Assembly: GCF_006345805.1 (NCBI RefSeq)
Contig: NC_043007.1
Coordinates: 52,452,001-52,516,000 of the forward strand
Direction: 5' to 3'
DNA from: Octopus sinensis
Lineage: Eukaryota
Length of the DNA stretch: 64,000 nt
Each line of letters opens with the position of its first letter. The first letter of the stretch is position 1. The position numbers and the translations under genes are program-made. This document shows, piece after piece, positions 35,283 through 49,535 of this stretch. The notes under the pieces are model-generated. The model was not told where the DNA came from, did no database searches, and saw nothing but the letters and a program-made list of their open reading frames with translations.

Positions 35283-37721
35283 TGCCAGCATTAAAAAGCA
35301 CCAACAGAAGGTAGCTGCTAGAAATGACTAGGAAAGTAGATTCTATTATCAGTAGGATAGATACTAAAAATATAGGAGACATTAACTTATTGATCTATGC
35401 AGGAGGGGTAGTAGTCACTAGAAGATTAGATATCTCACAGAGAAAGATTAAAAAAGAGCAAATGAGGAAAAGGAAACTACAAAATAAAGTGAAGACTTTA
35501 AGACAAGATCTGAGTAGGACAGAAGCCTGGAAAACAAACAAATTAGGAAACACAAGATGCAAATATTTCCTCGGGAAAAGGTACTTAGTCAAAGAGAAAG
35601 GATTTAGGACAGTAATAGAAGAATTGAAACAGTGTATCATAGCAGTAGCAGGCAAGCTCTCCAGATATCAGAAAAGAATGGCTCAGTATCAACAGAATAA
35701 AGTATTTAAGACAGACAAGAGGAAATTTTATAACCAAATAAATAGTGGAGAATGAAGTACTGAAGATGAGAAACCTAATACAGAAGAAGCTATAAAAGTT
35801 CTGGAGTAATATTCAGGATAAGCCAGTTAATCATAATGGAGATGCAGTATGGTTAAAGAAAGTGAGGGAAGAAGTAGTGAGTGAGAAGCAACCAGATCTA
35901 AGATTAACAACTGCATTAATGAGTAATGTGTTAGGAAAAATGCTGAATTAGACCAGATTTAGTTCCAGAGTATGGGCTAAAGAAATACAATAGTTTACAC
36001 AGGAGGCTGAGGAATGCTTTCAGAGAGCATTTACAAGCACCTTGACAACCAGAATTTACTACCAGAAGAACAGAAAGGTTGCAGAGAGAAGGCTAGAGGA
36101 ACACATGATCTATTATATATAGACAAAGCAGTCCTAAATGAAGTAAAAGCTAAAAAGTAAAATCTAACAATAGCATGGACAGATTATAGGAAAGCCTATG
36201 ACATGATCCCACACTCATGGATAAGTGAATGTTTGATTATATTCAATATAGCAGACAACATAAGAGAATTAATTAACTGCAGCATGAAGAAATGGACAGT
36301 AGATCTCTGCTCAGGCGACACACTCTTAGGTATAGTTAATATCAAAAGAGGAATTTTCCAGTGGGTCTCGTTATCTCCTTTAATACTTGTCATATCCCCC
36401 TCAGTTTAGTATTAAGGAAGGCAAAGGCAGGGTGCGGGTTCAGAAATAGTAATGGTATCTAGGAGTATTAGAATCTGACAGAGTACTAACTACACGATTG
36501 AAAACAAAAATTGAGAAAGAGTACATCAGAAGGGTGCAGAAGCTAAATAGTTGGAATCTAGTGAAGGCTGTAAATACTTGTGCAGTATCATTACTTAGAT
36601 ACTCAGCAGATTTTGTAGATTGGACAAAAACTGCATTAGCAAAGCTAGACAGAGGGACTAGGAAGAAATTCAATATGAATGGAAGACTCCACCCAAGGGC
36701 AGGAGTAGCAATATTATACCTATCTAGAAAGGAAAGTGGAAGAGGGTTAATACAAATAGAAGACTGCATGGAGTTGGCTAGAGTAGATATAGACTCCTAT
36801 GTAAGTAATAGTGAAAAAAGTCTATTAAAAGCTGCTCGAGTCACAGCAAAACATAGGGAAACCAAAAACCTAAATGAAGTTAAAAACCAGAAAAAAGAAC
36901 AAAAATTATCTGACTGGCAGGAGGAGGCGTTGCATGGTAGATTCCCAAAGATAGTTGCAGCCAATAGTAATAGTGAGACATGGTTATGGTTGCAGAAAGG
37001 AAAACTGAAGAGGGAGACAAAAAGTTTGTTAGTAGCTGCATAAGATCAAACATTAAGGACTAATTGGATAAAAGCCAAGACAGACAAAACCAAGTAGATT
37101 CCTAATGTAGATTATGCAAATCAAAAGAGGAAAGTGTTATTCATATAGAAAATGAATATAGCATGCTGGCACAGAAAGAACATAAGAAAAGACATGACAA
37201 TCTAGAGAGAGCAATGTGTAGAAAGCTAGGATTTGAACATACTGATAAATGGTATGAACATGAACCTAGTAAATTACTAGAAAGTAAGAAATACAAGATC
37301 TTGTGGGATTTTAACATTCAGACTGACAGTGTAATAGAAGCTAAAAGGCCTGATTTGGTAATGATAGATAAAGAGAGTAGAAATTGCTAGATTATTGATT
37401 TTACAGCCCCAAATGATGAAAAAATTAATATGAGAGGTATAGCAAAGTACTAGGACCTAGCTATTGAATTACAGAAACTATGGAAAGTGTGGGTAAAATG
37501 TATCCCAATAGTTATAGGTACATTGGGAACTATCCCTAAGGATCTGAACAGATGGCTAGAGGAGATAGGCATAAAACTCAGTTTAGTATAGCTCCAGAAA
37601 ACAGTGTTATTAGGGATAGCTAGGATATGTAGGAGGGTTCTTGGCATCTAAGACTACTTGTAGCCTGATGTTAGGATTCTTTTCTTTTCCAAAAGTCTAG
37701 TCTGTTGAGTGTATATGAAAT
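35283..37721 (+). mobile_element. Dong/R4-clade LINE copy B, decayed, with (TAA)n tail
   Basis: DYRKAYDMIPHSWI, LHPRAGVAILYLSRKESGRGL, RHDNL, WDFNIQTD..IEAKRPDLV; (TAA)n at 37722-37790. Confidence 0.9.
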
Positions 37722-37744
37722 TAATAATAATAATAATAATAATG

Positions 37745-37790
<46 letters not shown>

Positions 37791-40700
37791 GCTAATAATG
37801 TTAATCAGCTAATGATGTTAATATCACAGATCTCAACCACCTGTACTATGCATCTGTGAAAATCTCAACGATCCTATGTGGTAAAAAGATTAGAAAATGG
37901 CAACATTCCCACATACGCTCTTGCCTTCTTGGCAACAGCGTATCCAACATCAAATTAAACTACTTAGGTCTGACATAGAATGTTTGAAAAACCTTAAGGT
38001 TGACAAGACTACCAAACCTACAAAAACTCAAAAATTAAAGAAAAAATATATGAAAATTATACTTGATATTGATGCCACCATAGAAACCATCAAGCAAAAG
38101 GTATCTGCTAAAGCTGCCCGCATAGCAAGGTATGAAAAGTGTGTTAGATTCTTCAAGGACAACAACATGTTAAAAAATAACCCCAAAAATGTTTACAGGA
38201 AGATAGGGAAAACACCAGTTACTATGAAGTCTGTACCATCAAAAGACGAAATGCACGGTTTTTGGAATAAAATTTGGGCAGAAGAAAAAACACACAATGA
38301 AAAGGCCCCTTAGATTGACAGAATAGCGACGGACTTGCACTCCTTAGAGGAGCAAAAGTGGGAGGGTGTCAAGGTAGAAGATGTAAGATCTGCTCTCAGG
38401 AGGTCAAGCAAATGGAAGTCTCCAGGAAAGGATAAAATTCCTAACTTCTGGTTGAATGCCTTCCCAGAGAGCCATGAACTGCTAACAGAACTTTACAATG
38501 ATGTTTTGCAACACCCTAGTAGGATGCCTGCTTGGCTAGTTAACGGTTTAACATTCTTGCTCCCAAAAAGTGAAGAAACAAATGAACCAAAAAACTATAG
38601 ACCCATAACCTGCTTAACAACTATGTATAAAACGCTAACATCTGTCCTGACAGAATATACCTATAGTTTTTTAATAGACAGCAGCATATTCCCTAATGAA
38701 CAGAAAGGATGTAAATGTGGTTGTAAAGATCAGCTACTCATCAATAAGATGATCTTAGAAGATTGTCACAAACGACACAAAAACTTGTCAATAGCCTGGA
38801 TAGACTATAAAAAGGCTTTTGATAGCCTACCACATAGCTGGATAAAGAAATGCCTGGAAATGTACGAAATAGCGCCTACTCTGCGAAATTTTTTGTCTGT
38901 AAGTATGAGATCATGGAGAACCACACTAACTTTGAACAGTGATGATGAATCTCTAAATGCTACTGATGTAAAAATTTCATGTGGCATTTTCCGGGGCGAC
39001 TCACTATCACCACTCCTCTTTTGTTTAGCCTTAATACCTCTCTCAAAATTGCTCAATGACGCACAGTACAGTTATAAAATGTTGAATAAAAATATAAATC
39101 TTCTCATTTACATGGATGATTTAAAGATCTTTTCAAAAAATGACCAACAACTCAAGGGCTTACTAACGATTGTTAAACAATTCAGTGATGACATCAAAAT
39201 GCAATTTGGCCTCGATAAATGTGCAAAAGCTACTGTTATCAAAGGAAAAATGACAGAAACATCTAACGTTTACCTCGACCAGCAAAATGTCATAAAAGAG
39301 TTAGACCCAGCGGAGAGCTACAAGTACCTAGGGGTAATTGAAAAGGATGGAATAAGGCATTCAGTGATGAAGGAAAGGATCAGGAGAGAATGTTATTGCA
39401 GAGTAAGAGCAATACTCAAGACAGAGCTGAATGTAAGAAACAGGATCGAAGCAATCAATTCTTTAGCCATACCAGTCATGACTTACAGTTTCAATATCAT
39501 TAACTGGTCAATTACTGAAATATGTAATCTTGACAGAAAAATACGAAAACTGTTGACAATGCATAGAATGCACCACCCTAAGGCAGATATAGAATGACTT
39601 TATCCACCAAGAAAAGAGGGAGGCCGTGGGCTTTTACAACTGGCAATAACAATGAAGGTTGCTACAATTGGCTTAGACACCTACCTGAAAAACTCTGAGG
39701 ACTGGATGTTAAAACTTGTCTCAAAACATGAAAACAGGAAAGCATCATACTCAGTAACAAAACAGGCAAAGGAATGTCTAAGTGAATTCCGAATACAACA
39801 AATTTCGGAATTAGACACACAAGAAACAAGCACAGAAAAAGCTAAGCGCATGAAAACCCGTGCTAAAGCTGCTGCCTTAGATAATTTGAATGATAAATGG
39901 CAAGAAAAACCTCTCAATGGCAAATACCCAAAGAGAGTGAATAATGCAGATGTTGACAAAGCCCTGACCCATCAATGGCTAATGGCCTCTGGCTTAAAAT
40001 CTGAAACAGAAGGGTTTCTCATAGCAGCTCAAGATCAATGCCTACCTACAAGAAACTACCAGGCCAATATATTAAAGAACGGCAGTAGCCCAACATGTCG
40101 TGTATGTCAACAACAAAATGAAACCATCGATCATGTTGTTTCCAAGTGCAGTCTTCTTGCAACTACAGAGTATCTCAACAGGCATGATAGAGCTGCACAA
40201 TATATTCATTGCAAAAGCCTGGACTTGCCCCATGATAAGAATTGGTGGGAACACAAACCACCTCCAGTGCTTGAAAATGACCACATCTCACTCCTCTGGA
40301 ACTTCACCATTCAAACTGACAGAAAGATAGATGCAAATAGGCCAGACATCATAGTAAAAGACTTCAGACAAAAAACATGCCTCCTCATTGATATGACTGT
40401 CCCAATCGATATAAATGTATCTGTCAAGCCCTACCAGAAACTGAGCAAATATAAAGATCTGGAAATAGAAATCAGCAAAATGTGGAACCTGAAGACTAAA
40501 ACAATACTTGTTGTCATAGGTGCCCTGGGAATGATAGCAAAAGGGACTGATTGCTACCTAACTCAGATACCAGGAAACCCCAAAATGGCAGGAATTCAAA
40601 AGATAGTGCTCATGGGAACTGCTCATATCCTATGCAAAATACTTTCTATGTAATCTCAAGTTTTAAAACAAACATAATTTTCGCATGGTTCTTTAGGCAT

Positions 40701-40845
40701 TCACTAGTACAACACTAAGTACAAAACCAAATATATGGCACCCTCGGCATAACACCAACATGAACTTCCAACTTGTTGTCTCTTGAGGTCTCTAGGTGAG
40801 ACTTGGAGTCAGCTTGTGCAAATGTAAAGCAAAAGTCAAACATAG
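37791..40845 (+). mobile_element. Dong/R4-clade LINE copy C, youngest, with (TAA)n tail
   Basis: RT plus CCHC and restriction-like endonuclease (CRVC..ETIDHVVSKC, RHD, NRPDI..LID); (TAA)n at 40846-40921. Confidence 0.95.
37897..40653 (+). pseudogene. Dong/R4 polyprotein ORF in one frame with two premature stops
   Basis: ORFs 37897, 38335 and 39652 share a frame; stops TAG 38311-38313 and TGA 39595-39597 (KADIE*LY, expected R). Confidence 0.88.
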
Positions 40846-40866
40846 AATAATAATAATAATAATAAT

Positions 40867-40922
<56 letters not shown>

Positions 40923-41003
40923 GTTTCAAATTTTGCCACAAGGGCAGCAATTTGGGGGAGGAGATGAGACAGTTATATTGACCCAGTGTTCTACTGGTAT
41001 TTA

Positions 41004-42200
41004 TGAGGGTTGTTCATTAAACATTTCCCCTGACCCACTTCCAGTTATTGCAGGAAATCGAACTTATACAGGTATAATTATACATGTTTCTACATGTCAC
41101 ATTGTAAACTGCAGTATTCCACTAGTATCTGTTTGACTTTTACGGCTGCTGAAGTGGACTAAGGTGTTATAATGGGGGCAGTTGAATGCAGATCAGTGAT
41201 CAGGTTCTTATAATTGAAAGGTCATACACCAGAAGAGACTTTTGATGAGATGAAAGAAATTTATGGTGATGATGCACCTTCAGGCACTGGCATAGCCAAT
41301 TCAAATGTGGTTGGACATCGGTGGAAACTGCTCCCATTCCTGGACAACAACATTCCACCATTGATGATAACACCATCCATAAAGTGGAAGCTGCTATTTT
41401 GGAGGATCACTGCATAACTATTTGGCAACTAGCCCAAGAAGTGAAGATAAGTATAGGGTCTGTGGAAAAAAATCATTTACAATTATTTGAACATGTGGAA
41501 GTTGTCTGCATGATGGATTTTCTGAATGCTCACAACTTTTCAGAAGCAGGAATGAGTCAATTACTCCCAAGCTCTTTTGGTAATGTGTCGAGAAAATGAG
41601 GAGGACTTCGTCGGCAGACTTATCATACAAAATGAAACATGCGTCCATCACTGTGATCCTGAGACTAAAGTTCAGTCGAATCAATGGAAGCATGATAACT
41701 CACCACCTCCAAAGAAGGTTTGTGTCCAATGCTCAGCAGGCAAGGTGATGCTCACAGTCTTTTGGGACCAATGCAGAGTAGAGATGATGGATTTTCTGGC
41801 AATGGGCACTACAATTAATGGGGCATATTATGCTTCTTTGCTGCAGAAATTGCAGGATGCCATGAAAGCTGAGTGGCCAAAGGAATCCACCTTCTCCAAG
41901 ACAGTCCACAATGCGCATGTTGCCCAGATGAAAGCACACTACTGTGGCTATGAAATCCTCCCTCATCCTCCTTACTCTCCTGACCTTGCACCATCTGACT
42001 TCTACCCCTTTCCAACCATGAAGTCTGTTTTGAAAGAGAAGCACTTTTCAGATGATGATGAACTTATTTCCAAGGTAAAGTCTTGGCTCCAGATGCAACC
42101 TACCAACTTCTACAGATGAGGTCTTCACAGCTGCATGAAGTAATGGGAGAAGTGTGTTACCATTGGTGTTATCTCTGTAGAGAAAGACTAATAATTATGT
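41004..42200 (+). mobile_element. Mariner transposon relic
   Basis: TA+tgagggttgttcatt left end; QWKH...SAGKVMLTVFWD, HPPYSPDLAPSDFY; frameshifts. Confidence 0.9.
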
Positions 42201-43039
42201 CAAGATTCATTATTGTTATTATTCAGTACAACTTATTATTTTCATCAACATATGATTTTTCTCTAATTTTAACTGAAATTAGTTGGGGATATATTGACTA
42301 TATGTTTTTCTCTTTTAAATCAATTTAATGATTGTTTTTTTGTTTTCTGTTTTTCATTACTGGACATATTTACTGAAATATTCCATGTGACAGTTGAGAA
42401 CAAACAGATAATAATACTGATGACAGATAATCACTAAATCTAGTCACATGATTGAGAGTTATCAAATATGTATAGGTTTGCAACTTGACATTAACATAGC
42501 AGTGCCAAAGGGGGGCATATTATTATTAGTGGTGAAGGTGGAATGCAGTGAATATTTTTGATGGTGCTAAATTGTTTCTTTGCAGGCATTGCTGACAATA
42601 CATTAATCTGTGTTACAACAACAACCACAACACAAAACAAGAACAAGAATGACATAATTAACAGCAATAATAACAAGCACCATGAACAACATAATTAACA
42701 ACAACCAGAACAAAAGCAAAACCAGAGATTTAGGAGTATGTAAAAAGTTAGTTATATGGAGCTTCGTACATGACTGGTCCCATATTTTATAAAGCTCAAG
42801 AGGCTGAGAGAAAAGTTAACTCAATCAGGACTTGAATTCAGAATGGGAAATGACAAAACTAAATGCTGCAACACAATTTCTGCATCACTCTAATGATTCT
42901 GAAATTGAAAAAAAAAAAAATTTTGAAAGAATATAATGGTGTATAATAAAGTGATATATTTTGTGGAGTACTGTGTTGAGTGTCTGGACAAAACAGTCAC
43001 ATTGAAAATGGCCCAGTCAATAAGGGTCAAAAGATTTAC

Positions 43040-44105
43040 TATAGAATCATCCAACCAATTAGGATGAACTATATCATTGTCCAGGCCTTTAGGATCAACT
43101 ATGCAGCTGTCCAGTCCAATAAGTTCAACTATAGTATAAGCACATTAAAAACAGCTATACTGTTGTCCAGTTCATTTAAATCAACTATATTGTTATTCAG
43201 TCCATTAAGATTAAGTATAGTATTGTCCAGCCCATTAGGATCATCTATTAGTATTACCGAGTAAAATTAAGATCAACTATAACATTGTCCAGTACTTAGG
43301 GTCAACTATAGTGCTGTTCAGTCCATGACCATCAACAAGATTGTTGTTCAGTTCAATAGGACAAATTATAGTGGTGTTCCAGTCCAATAAGATTATAGCG
43401 GTGTTTAATCCATTATAAGGCTTTCCAGTCCATTAGAATCAACTGTAATCCATTAGGATCAACTATTGTTTTATCCTCTACCTTGAGTTCAACTAAACCG
43501 TTATTCCATCAGTTAAGATCAACTATAATGTTGAACTGTCCATTAAAGACAGTTCAACACTAAGCACAATTATACTGTTACCCTGTTCATTTAGGTCAAT
43601 AAAAGTGTTGTTCGGCCCAATAGGATCAATGATCCTTTTGTCCTCTACACTGGATTCAACTATACTATTGTGCAGTCAATTAAAATCAACTATAGTATTG
43701 TTTAGTCCATTAAGGTCAACTACATAGTTGTCCACTTCATTAAGATCCTATAAATTGTTGTTCAGTCCATTAGAATCAATTAACATTTTGTCCTATCAAT
43801 TAGGATAAACTATATAGTTGTCCAGTGCATTAGGTCCAATAATAATATTTCTAGTCCATGGAGGTCAGATATAGTCGTTCAGTCCATTGGGGTCAAGTAT
43901 ATTTTTGTCCAGTTCATTGAGATAAGCTATAATACTGTTCAGTCCATTAGAATCAACTACACAGTTATCAAGTCAATTTGGGTCAACTGTAGTGTTGTTC
44001 GGTGAATTAGAATCAATTGTGCAGGCTATTAGAATCAACTATACAGTTGTCCAGTCCAGTAGAACAAATATAGCATTGTCCAGTCCATGAAGGACAACTA
44101 TAGTG
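43040..44105. repeat. Degenerate 30-bp minisatellite, about 35 units
   Basis: Approximate consensus AGGATCAACTATAGTGTTGTCCAGTCCATT. Confidence 0.9.
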
Positions 44106-45550
44106 CCAGTGGAGAGCTTCTTCAAATACAGTCACTGTATGCAAGACTGATACCATGTCCAGCCACATCCATGTCAGTGTATTATTATGCCTGATACTTT
44201 TTAACAAGTTCAGCATTATTTCTGATTGTGCAAAGATCGTTAAAATGGGGTCTTTGGGAGCTAACATGATCAAATCATCTGAATCACTTAATTACAATTA
44301 AACATTTGTAAGTTTCCATTAGTTTTGACTGTCATAATCAATTCTTTCCTTCTCAATCTTTGACAAGTATTCTTTCATGCCCCACATTATGTCTTATTTT
44401 TACTTAATACTTGCTCTGCTCACATTGTTGGTTTCCTCCAATATTCTCACTTTTCTCTTCCTTTTAAATTTTATGTTCCTATTAAATTTTGCATTAACTT
44501 ATTCTGTTGTTCATAACTTCCTTTTTATTCTTGTTTCAGGGGACGCAATATATTTAGATAGCACATCCTTTGTTGTTTCACTTACCAAATTTCTTCCTAT
44601 AGCATTAAATAAGCTCTTTCATTCCATGTTTATCTACCTTATTCTTTCACTTCACTTTTGTCTAACTTATTCTTTCATTTCAAATTTGCCTACCATAGTT
44701 CTTAATCTCTTTTTCTATGTGAGCTATATATTTTGGTAGTTTTAGTCATAGCACATTCTATCTAATTATGCCTCTGTATAATTATTCCTAGAGTACAATT
44801 TTTCATTCCTAATGATACTATGTTGTCATCTCCTGTGTTAATAGGGGAACTGATGACAACATATTTCATCAGTAACAGTTAACATGATACCATTTATTAT
44901 ACAAAAGATATTGAACATAATCTTATACTATGTGACTGCCATTACAAACTTTACTTACTTTCTTTATATTCTGATCAACAGTTCCTGCTTTCACTATTCT
45001 GCTGTTTTAGCAGAAAAGTGTTTTCTTATTTTGTATGTAGTTACAATAATTTGTCCTGAGCAAATTATTTTTGTGCATCACTTACTAAAATCATAAGACT
45101 TAATACTTAAGATGATAGGTGAAAATTTGATCAGAGTGCAAGATATTTTTTGAGACACATCTGCACATAGTATCACTGGAAATGTTATTGTTGTTGTTTA
45201 ACTCAGTTCAGCTCTGATAGGGTAGATGGTCTACCATTTTTTTACCAGACTATTTAATCCTGTTAGTATTGCTCACTTTAAAATGGTAGAGTGTGATTTG
45301 AGGGAGAGTTGTTTATTATTTCTAGCAGATCAAACATTACTATCAATTTATGGGCCTTTAATGTTATTTGCTGTTATGTGACATAGATTGTAGTTAGGTT
45401 TTATGAAGTTCAAAGGTTAAATAGATTAGGCAAAAAAGATAAGATATGGGACATCAAATATGTGACACATGATAAAACAAAACTATAAGTTTTAAGTATG
45501 TTCTATTGATTTCAGCAACATTCTCACCAAACAGATGTGTGTGTGTGTGT

Positions 45551-45584
<34 letters not shown>

Positions 45585-46689
45585 ATATTTATAGTAACAG
45601 TGTCGCTCTAGATCTGCCCTGACTGAACAAGCCTGTTGTAACAAGAGGTAAATTAAGAGTTGGGCTTTACCAGTTTAGGAAGTATATTTAGATGTGTACA
45701 CATAAGAAGGTTTGAAACGTATAAATGCATGTTTTACATAAAGGTAACGATAAAAATCGGAAGGTAATGCTTTTGTTTAACAAACATAATTCCTTGCTCA
45801 TACATGAAGTAGCTGGCACAACAGAGATAAGCGTACAAGATACTAGGGTGTAGGAGGCATGAGTTAATTCCTTAATGCACATCAAGGTAGTTAGCTCTTG
45901 TACTTGGCTGAAAATCTAAAATATCCAATAAGTTTTGAAGTGGTAGTGAGGTGAGGTAGAAATCCCACAGTGTGTCAAGCTAGACGATCCACAAGCTCGT
46001 TGATAGATTAGTGTCTACATCTGAATGGGATAAAGCAAAGCAGCGACGAAAGGGGACCAAATGTTCTGACATTTAGACAGCAACTGAATAAAACACCTTT
46101 AAAAAGTGCATGCTATTACTCTGCCATTAGCTTTTAAAGAGCGGTGGAACACAGCACCAGTGTGCTGCTACGCAGGGGTGAAGTAATTTGACTGCCCTGC
46201 TAATGCTACACTGCCATCAAAATATTACAGCCATGACTTTCCTTTCATTTCTTTTTTCAGGCTTAATGTATCTTGTAGTATCAATGCATCTTTCATTTTT
46301 TAAGATGATAGTGTGATTTGTGAGAGGTTTGACCACAGATTCTAGCAAATTGAGAAACCACACAGGGGTTGGCTCCTGTTGTATAATATCATCTCCATTA
46401 TTGTTTTAGATCAGCTTTTTCTATGCAAGTATGTATTGGACAAGACTTCTTGACATAGTTTTCTATAGCTAGATATCTTTCCTGATGCCTCCTTTGTTTT
46501 CAAGAAAAGTACTTTATTCCAGTGGTCTTTACCTGCCAAACAACTGACTGTCAGGGCATATTTTTTATGCAGAACTTAAACAAACATCATCAAAGCAAAT
46601 TTATGCACAGACACTCAGAACGTTTGCACTGACTTGTATATTGAGTTCTACAGTCTATAAGCCTCACAATGCCTACATAAAATTTGTAT

Positions 46690-46830
46690 ATATGTACATA
46701 CATGTATGTATATATATGTATGTGTATGTATATATGTGTGTGTGTGTGTGTGTGTATACACACATGCATTATATATATGTATGTTATGTATGTGTGTGTG
46801 TGTTGTGTGGGTTGTGTGTGTGTGTGTGCG

Positions 46831-46862
<32 letters not shown>

Positions 46863-46999
46863 ATTGTATATGTGTATATGTGAGTGCATTGTTTGTGTGT
46901 GTGTGTGGTATGTAGATATATATGTGTGTGTACGCTATATGTATGTATTTTGTGTGTGTGTGTGTGTGTGCATTATATATATATGTGTGTGTATATATG

Positions 47000-47080
<81 letters not shown>

Positions 47081-48320
47081 CATTATATGTATGTGCATTG
47101 TGTATATGTATATTATATGTATGTGTGTTGTATATGTATGTGTACATTATGTGTATATGTATGTGTATATATGCATTGTATATATGTATATTGTATGTGT
47201 GTTGTATATGCATAAATACATGTATATACATTATATGTATATATATGTATGCATTGTGTATGTGTATGTTATGTGTATATATGTTATATGTATGTGTATA
47301 TGTATATGTATACATTGTATGTATGTATATTGTGTGTATATGTGGTATATTTATGTATGTGTATGTAAACATTGTATATATGTATATATGTATATATGTA
47401 TATGCATTGTCTATATATATATATTATATGTATGTATTGTGTATGTATGTTATATGTATATATTGTGTATGTGTATTATATATATGCTGTGTATGTGTAT
47501 TGTATGTATATATGTGTTAGGTGTATATGTGTTGTATTTATATTATGTATGTATGTGTGCGTGTGTTGTGTGTTGTGTGTGTGTGTCATATGTGTGTATA
47601 TTATATATAAATATATGTTATATTTATGTGTTGTGTGTGTGCATTATATGTATGTGCGTTGTGTGTGTGTGTGTTCTGTATGTATGTGTGTTGTGTGTGT
47701 GTGTGTTGTGTGTGTGTGTGGTGTGTGTGGGGGGGGGTGAGATATGTGTATGTGTGTGTGTGGTGTATGTGTGTATGATGTATGTGTGTGTGTGCGTGTG
47801 TGTGGATATATATATGTATATGTAGTGTGTGTGTATGGCCCGCACACACGCGTAGGCGCATACGCGCACGCACGCGTGTGCACACGGGTGGGCACGCATA
47901 TACACACACCATCCTACCCCAAAAAATTCTTTAAACAACACACATCTATTTTCACTACCCTGGAACCAATCAAAAACAGCCCCCACACACACGCAGACAC
48001 TTGTATACGTGTATGTGCACGCACACAGGGACACACACACTCACACCAATCTCACCTCCATACAGGCACATATATACACACGCAGCACCATGTCAAATGC
48101 CATCCACACTCATACATGCGTACACATGCATGCACACACACACGCACGCACACACACGCACGCACACACACGCACACACAACACCATGACAACCACACAC
48201 ACTTGACAAACAGACACCATCTGACCAAATACTACAGACACACAGACACATCTATTCACACCACATGTATATGTATGCATGCACACATACACGCAGAGAC
48301 ACACATATTCACCTCATCCT
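46690..48320. repeat. Compound (TG)n/(TA)n/(CA)n microsatellite block
   Basis: Source of the long C/V/Y/I/M and H/T ORFs. Confidence 0.95.
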
Positions 48321-48821
48321 AACCCCCAAATCATTGATGCTTGAAGGAGAGCCAAAAAAAGAAAAAAATGGGTACATTCTTTTCAATTCCACATTTCTGC
48401 TAAAACGGATAGGTCAGTAACAACCTCGCCACTACATTAATGTAAATCTTAATGTAAATCTTTTTGAATTCATAATATTCTGTACTGAACTTTTTTTGAT
48501 AATTCCTCCTGGAAATTACCCTGAGATGTATAATATATTTGTTTTAATCTTTTCTGCCCATTTTTTCAATGAGCTTGTTAAACCTCTTTATATTCTCATC
48601 ATACTGTTGTACTTTTTTATGTCCTTAACATGTCCCTGTTACCAAAGACTGTATATATACATGTAATGTAGCAATTTGGAACAACCAATAATTAACGCAA
48701 CCAAACTTCCATATGTTACTTTTGACAATCTTTTTCCAAAGAGTGAAACCGGTTAAGTAAATAAACATCTTTTAGATTGCATTTTCAAACCTTCTTTCGT
48801 ATATATATATATATATGTATA

Positions 48822-48908
<87 letters not shown>

Positions 48909-49197
48909 TATATATATAATATATATATATATATATTATATATATATATGTATATATGTATGTATGTATATATAGATATATGTATACATATAAGTCATGG
49001 ATGAGAATCAAATATTCTCTGTATAGATTACACTTAGTAGTGCTCAAGAGGTTTAAACTTGATGGGTAGAGAAGTAAATATAAGGATAGGCAAGTTAGAG
49101 AGTATATTAAATACATGAAATACAAAAAAAATGTATGCATGTTTACATAGAAAAAGGTCTGACTTATACAGAATAGAAATATCAAGAATTAAAGGGA

Positions 49198-49404
49198 TTG
49201 AACAGCTGTTTCAGGGGGTTCAGTGATCCAAAATAATATTTGTAGATTGATTCCATTGTTGGATGAAACGAGCCTCTGTCTTCAGGGAACAGAAAGTAGT
49301 TCAAAGATGAAGGCACGGTATGAACAACAAGCAGGCATATTAGTTTTGCACTCAGAAAAGCGAAAAGGTATTTTACGTTTCAAGCCTACACTTTTCAACA
49401 GAAA
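49198..49404 (-). ncRNA. Two tandem hammerhead-like motifs in a pLTR remnant
   Basis: 49371-49404 UUU-CUGUUGA-A-AAGUGUAGGCUU-GAAAC-GUA-AAA; 49198-49288 CUGAAGA-CAGAGG...CCCCCU-GAAAC-AGCU-GUU with stem I broken. Confidence 0.55.
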
Positions 49405-49455
49405 GGAATAAAAGAAAATAAAACGAGAGAGAATAAAAAATACATGTGGATTTGT

Positions 49456-49535
<80 letters not shown>

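Noticed and set aside
43040-44105. CRISPR-like array
   Set aside because: Contiguous degenerate units with no unique spacers, no cas genes, eukaryotic context
44280-44760. Hydrophobic 120-aa ORF (44377-44739) as a membrane protein
   Set aside because: T-rich antisense reading of an A-rich decayed sequence, probably an old retroelement; no family motif
44790-44880. 12-bp hairpin (44819-44863) next to CUGAUGA on the minus strand as another HHR
   Set aside because: GAAA is displaced from stem II and stem I does not pair; too degenerate to call
45952-45975. let-7-like TGAGGTAG
   Set aside because: Match ends after 8 nt and no precursor hairpin is evident
46884-47825. 313-aa ORF and the many other C/V/Y/I/M- or H/T-rich ORFs
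   Set aside because: Translations of (TG)n, (TA)n and (CA)n microsatellites, which lack stops in most frames
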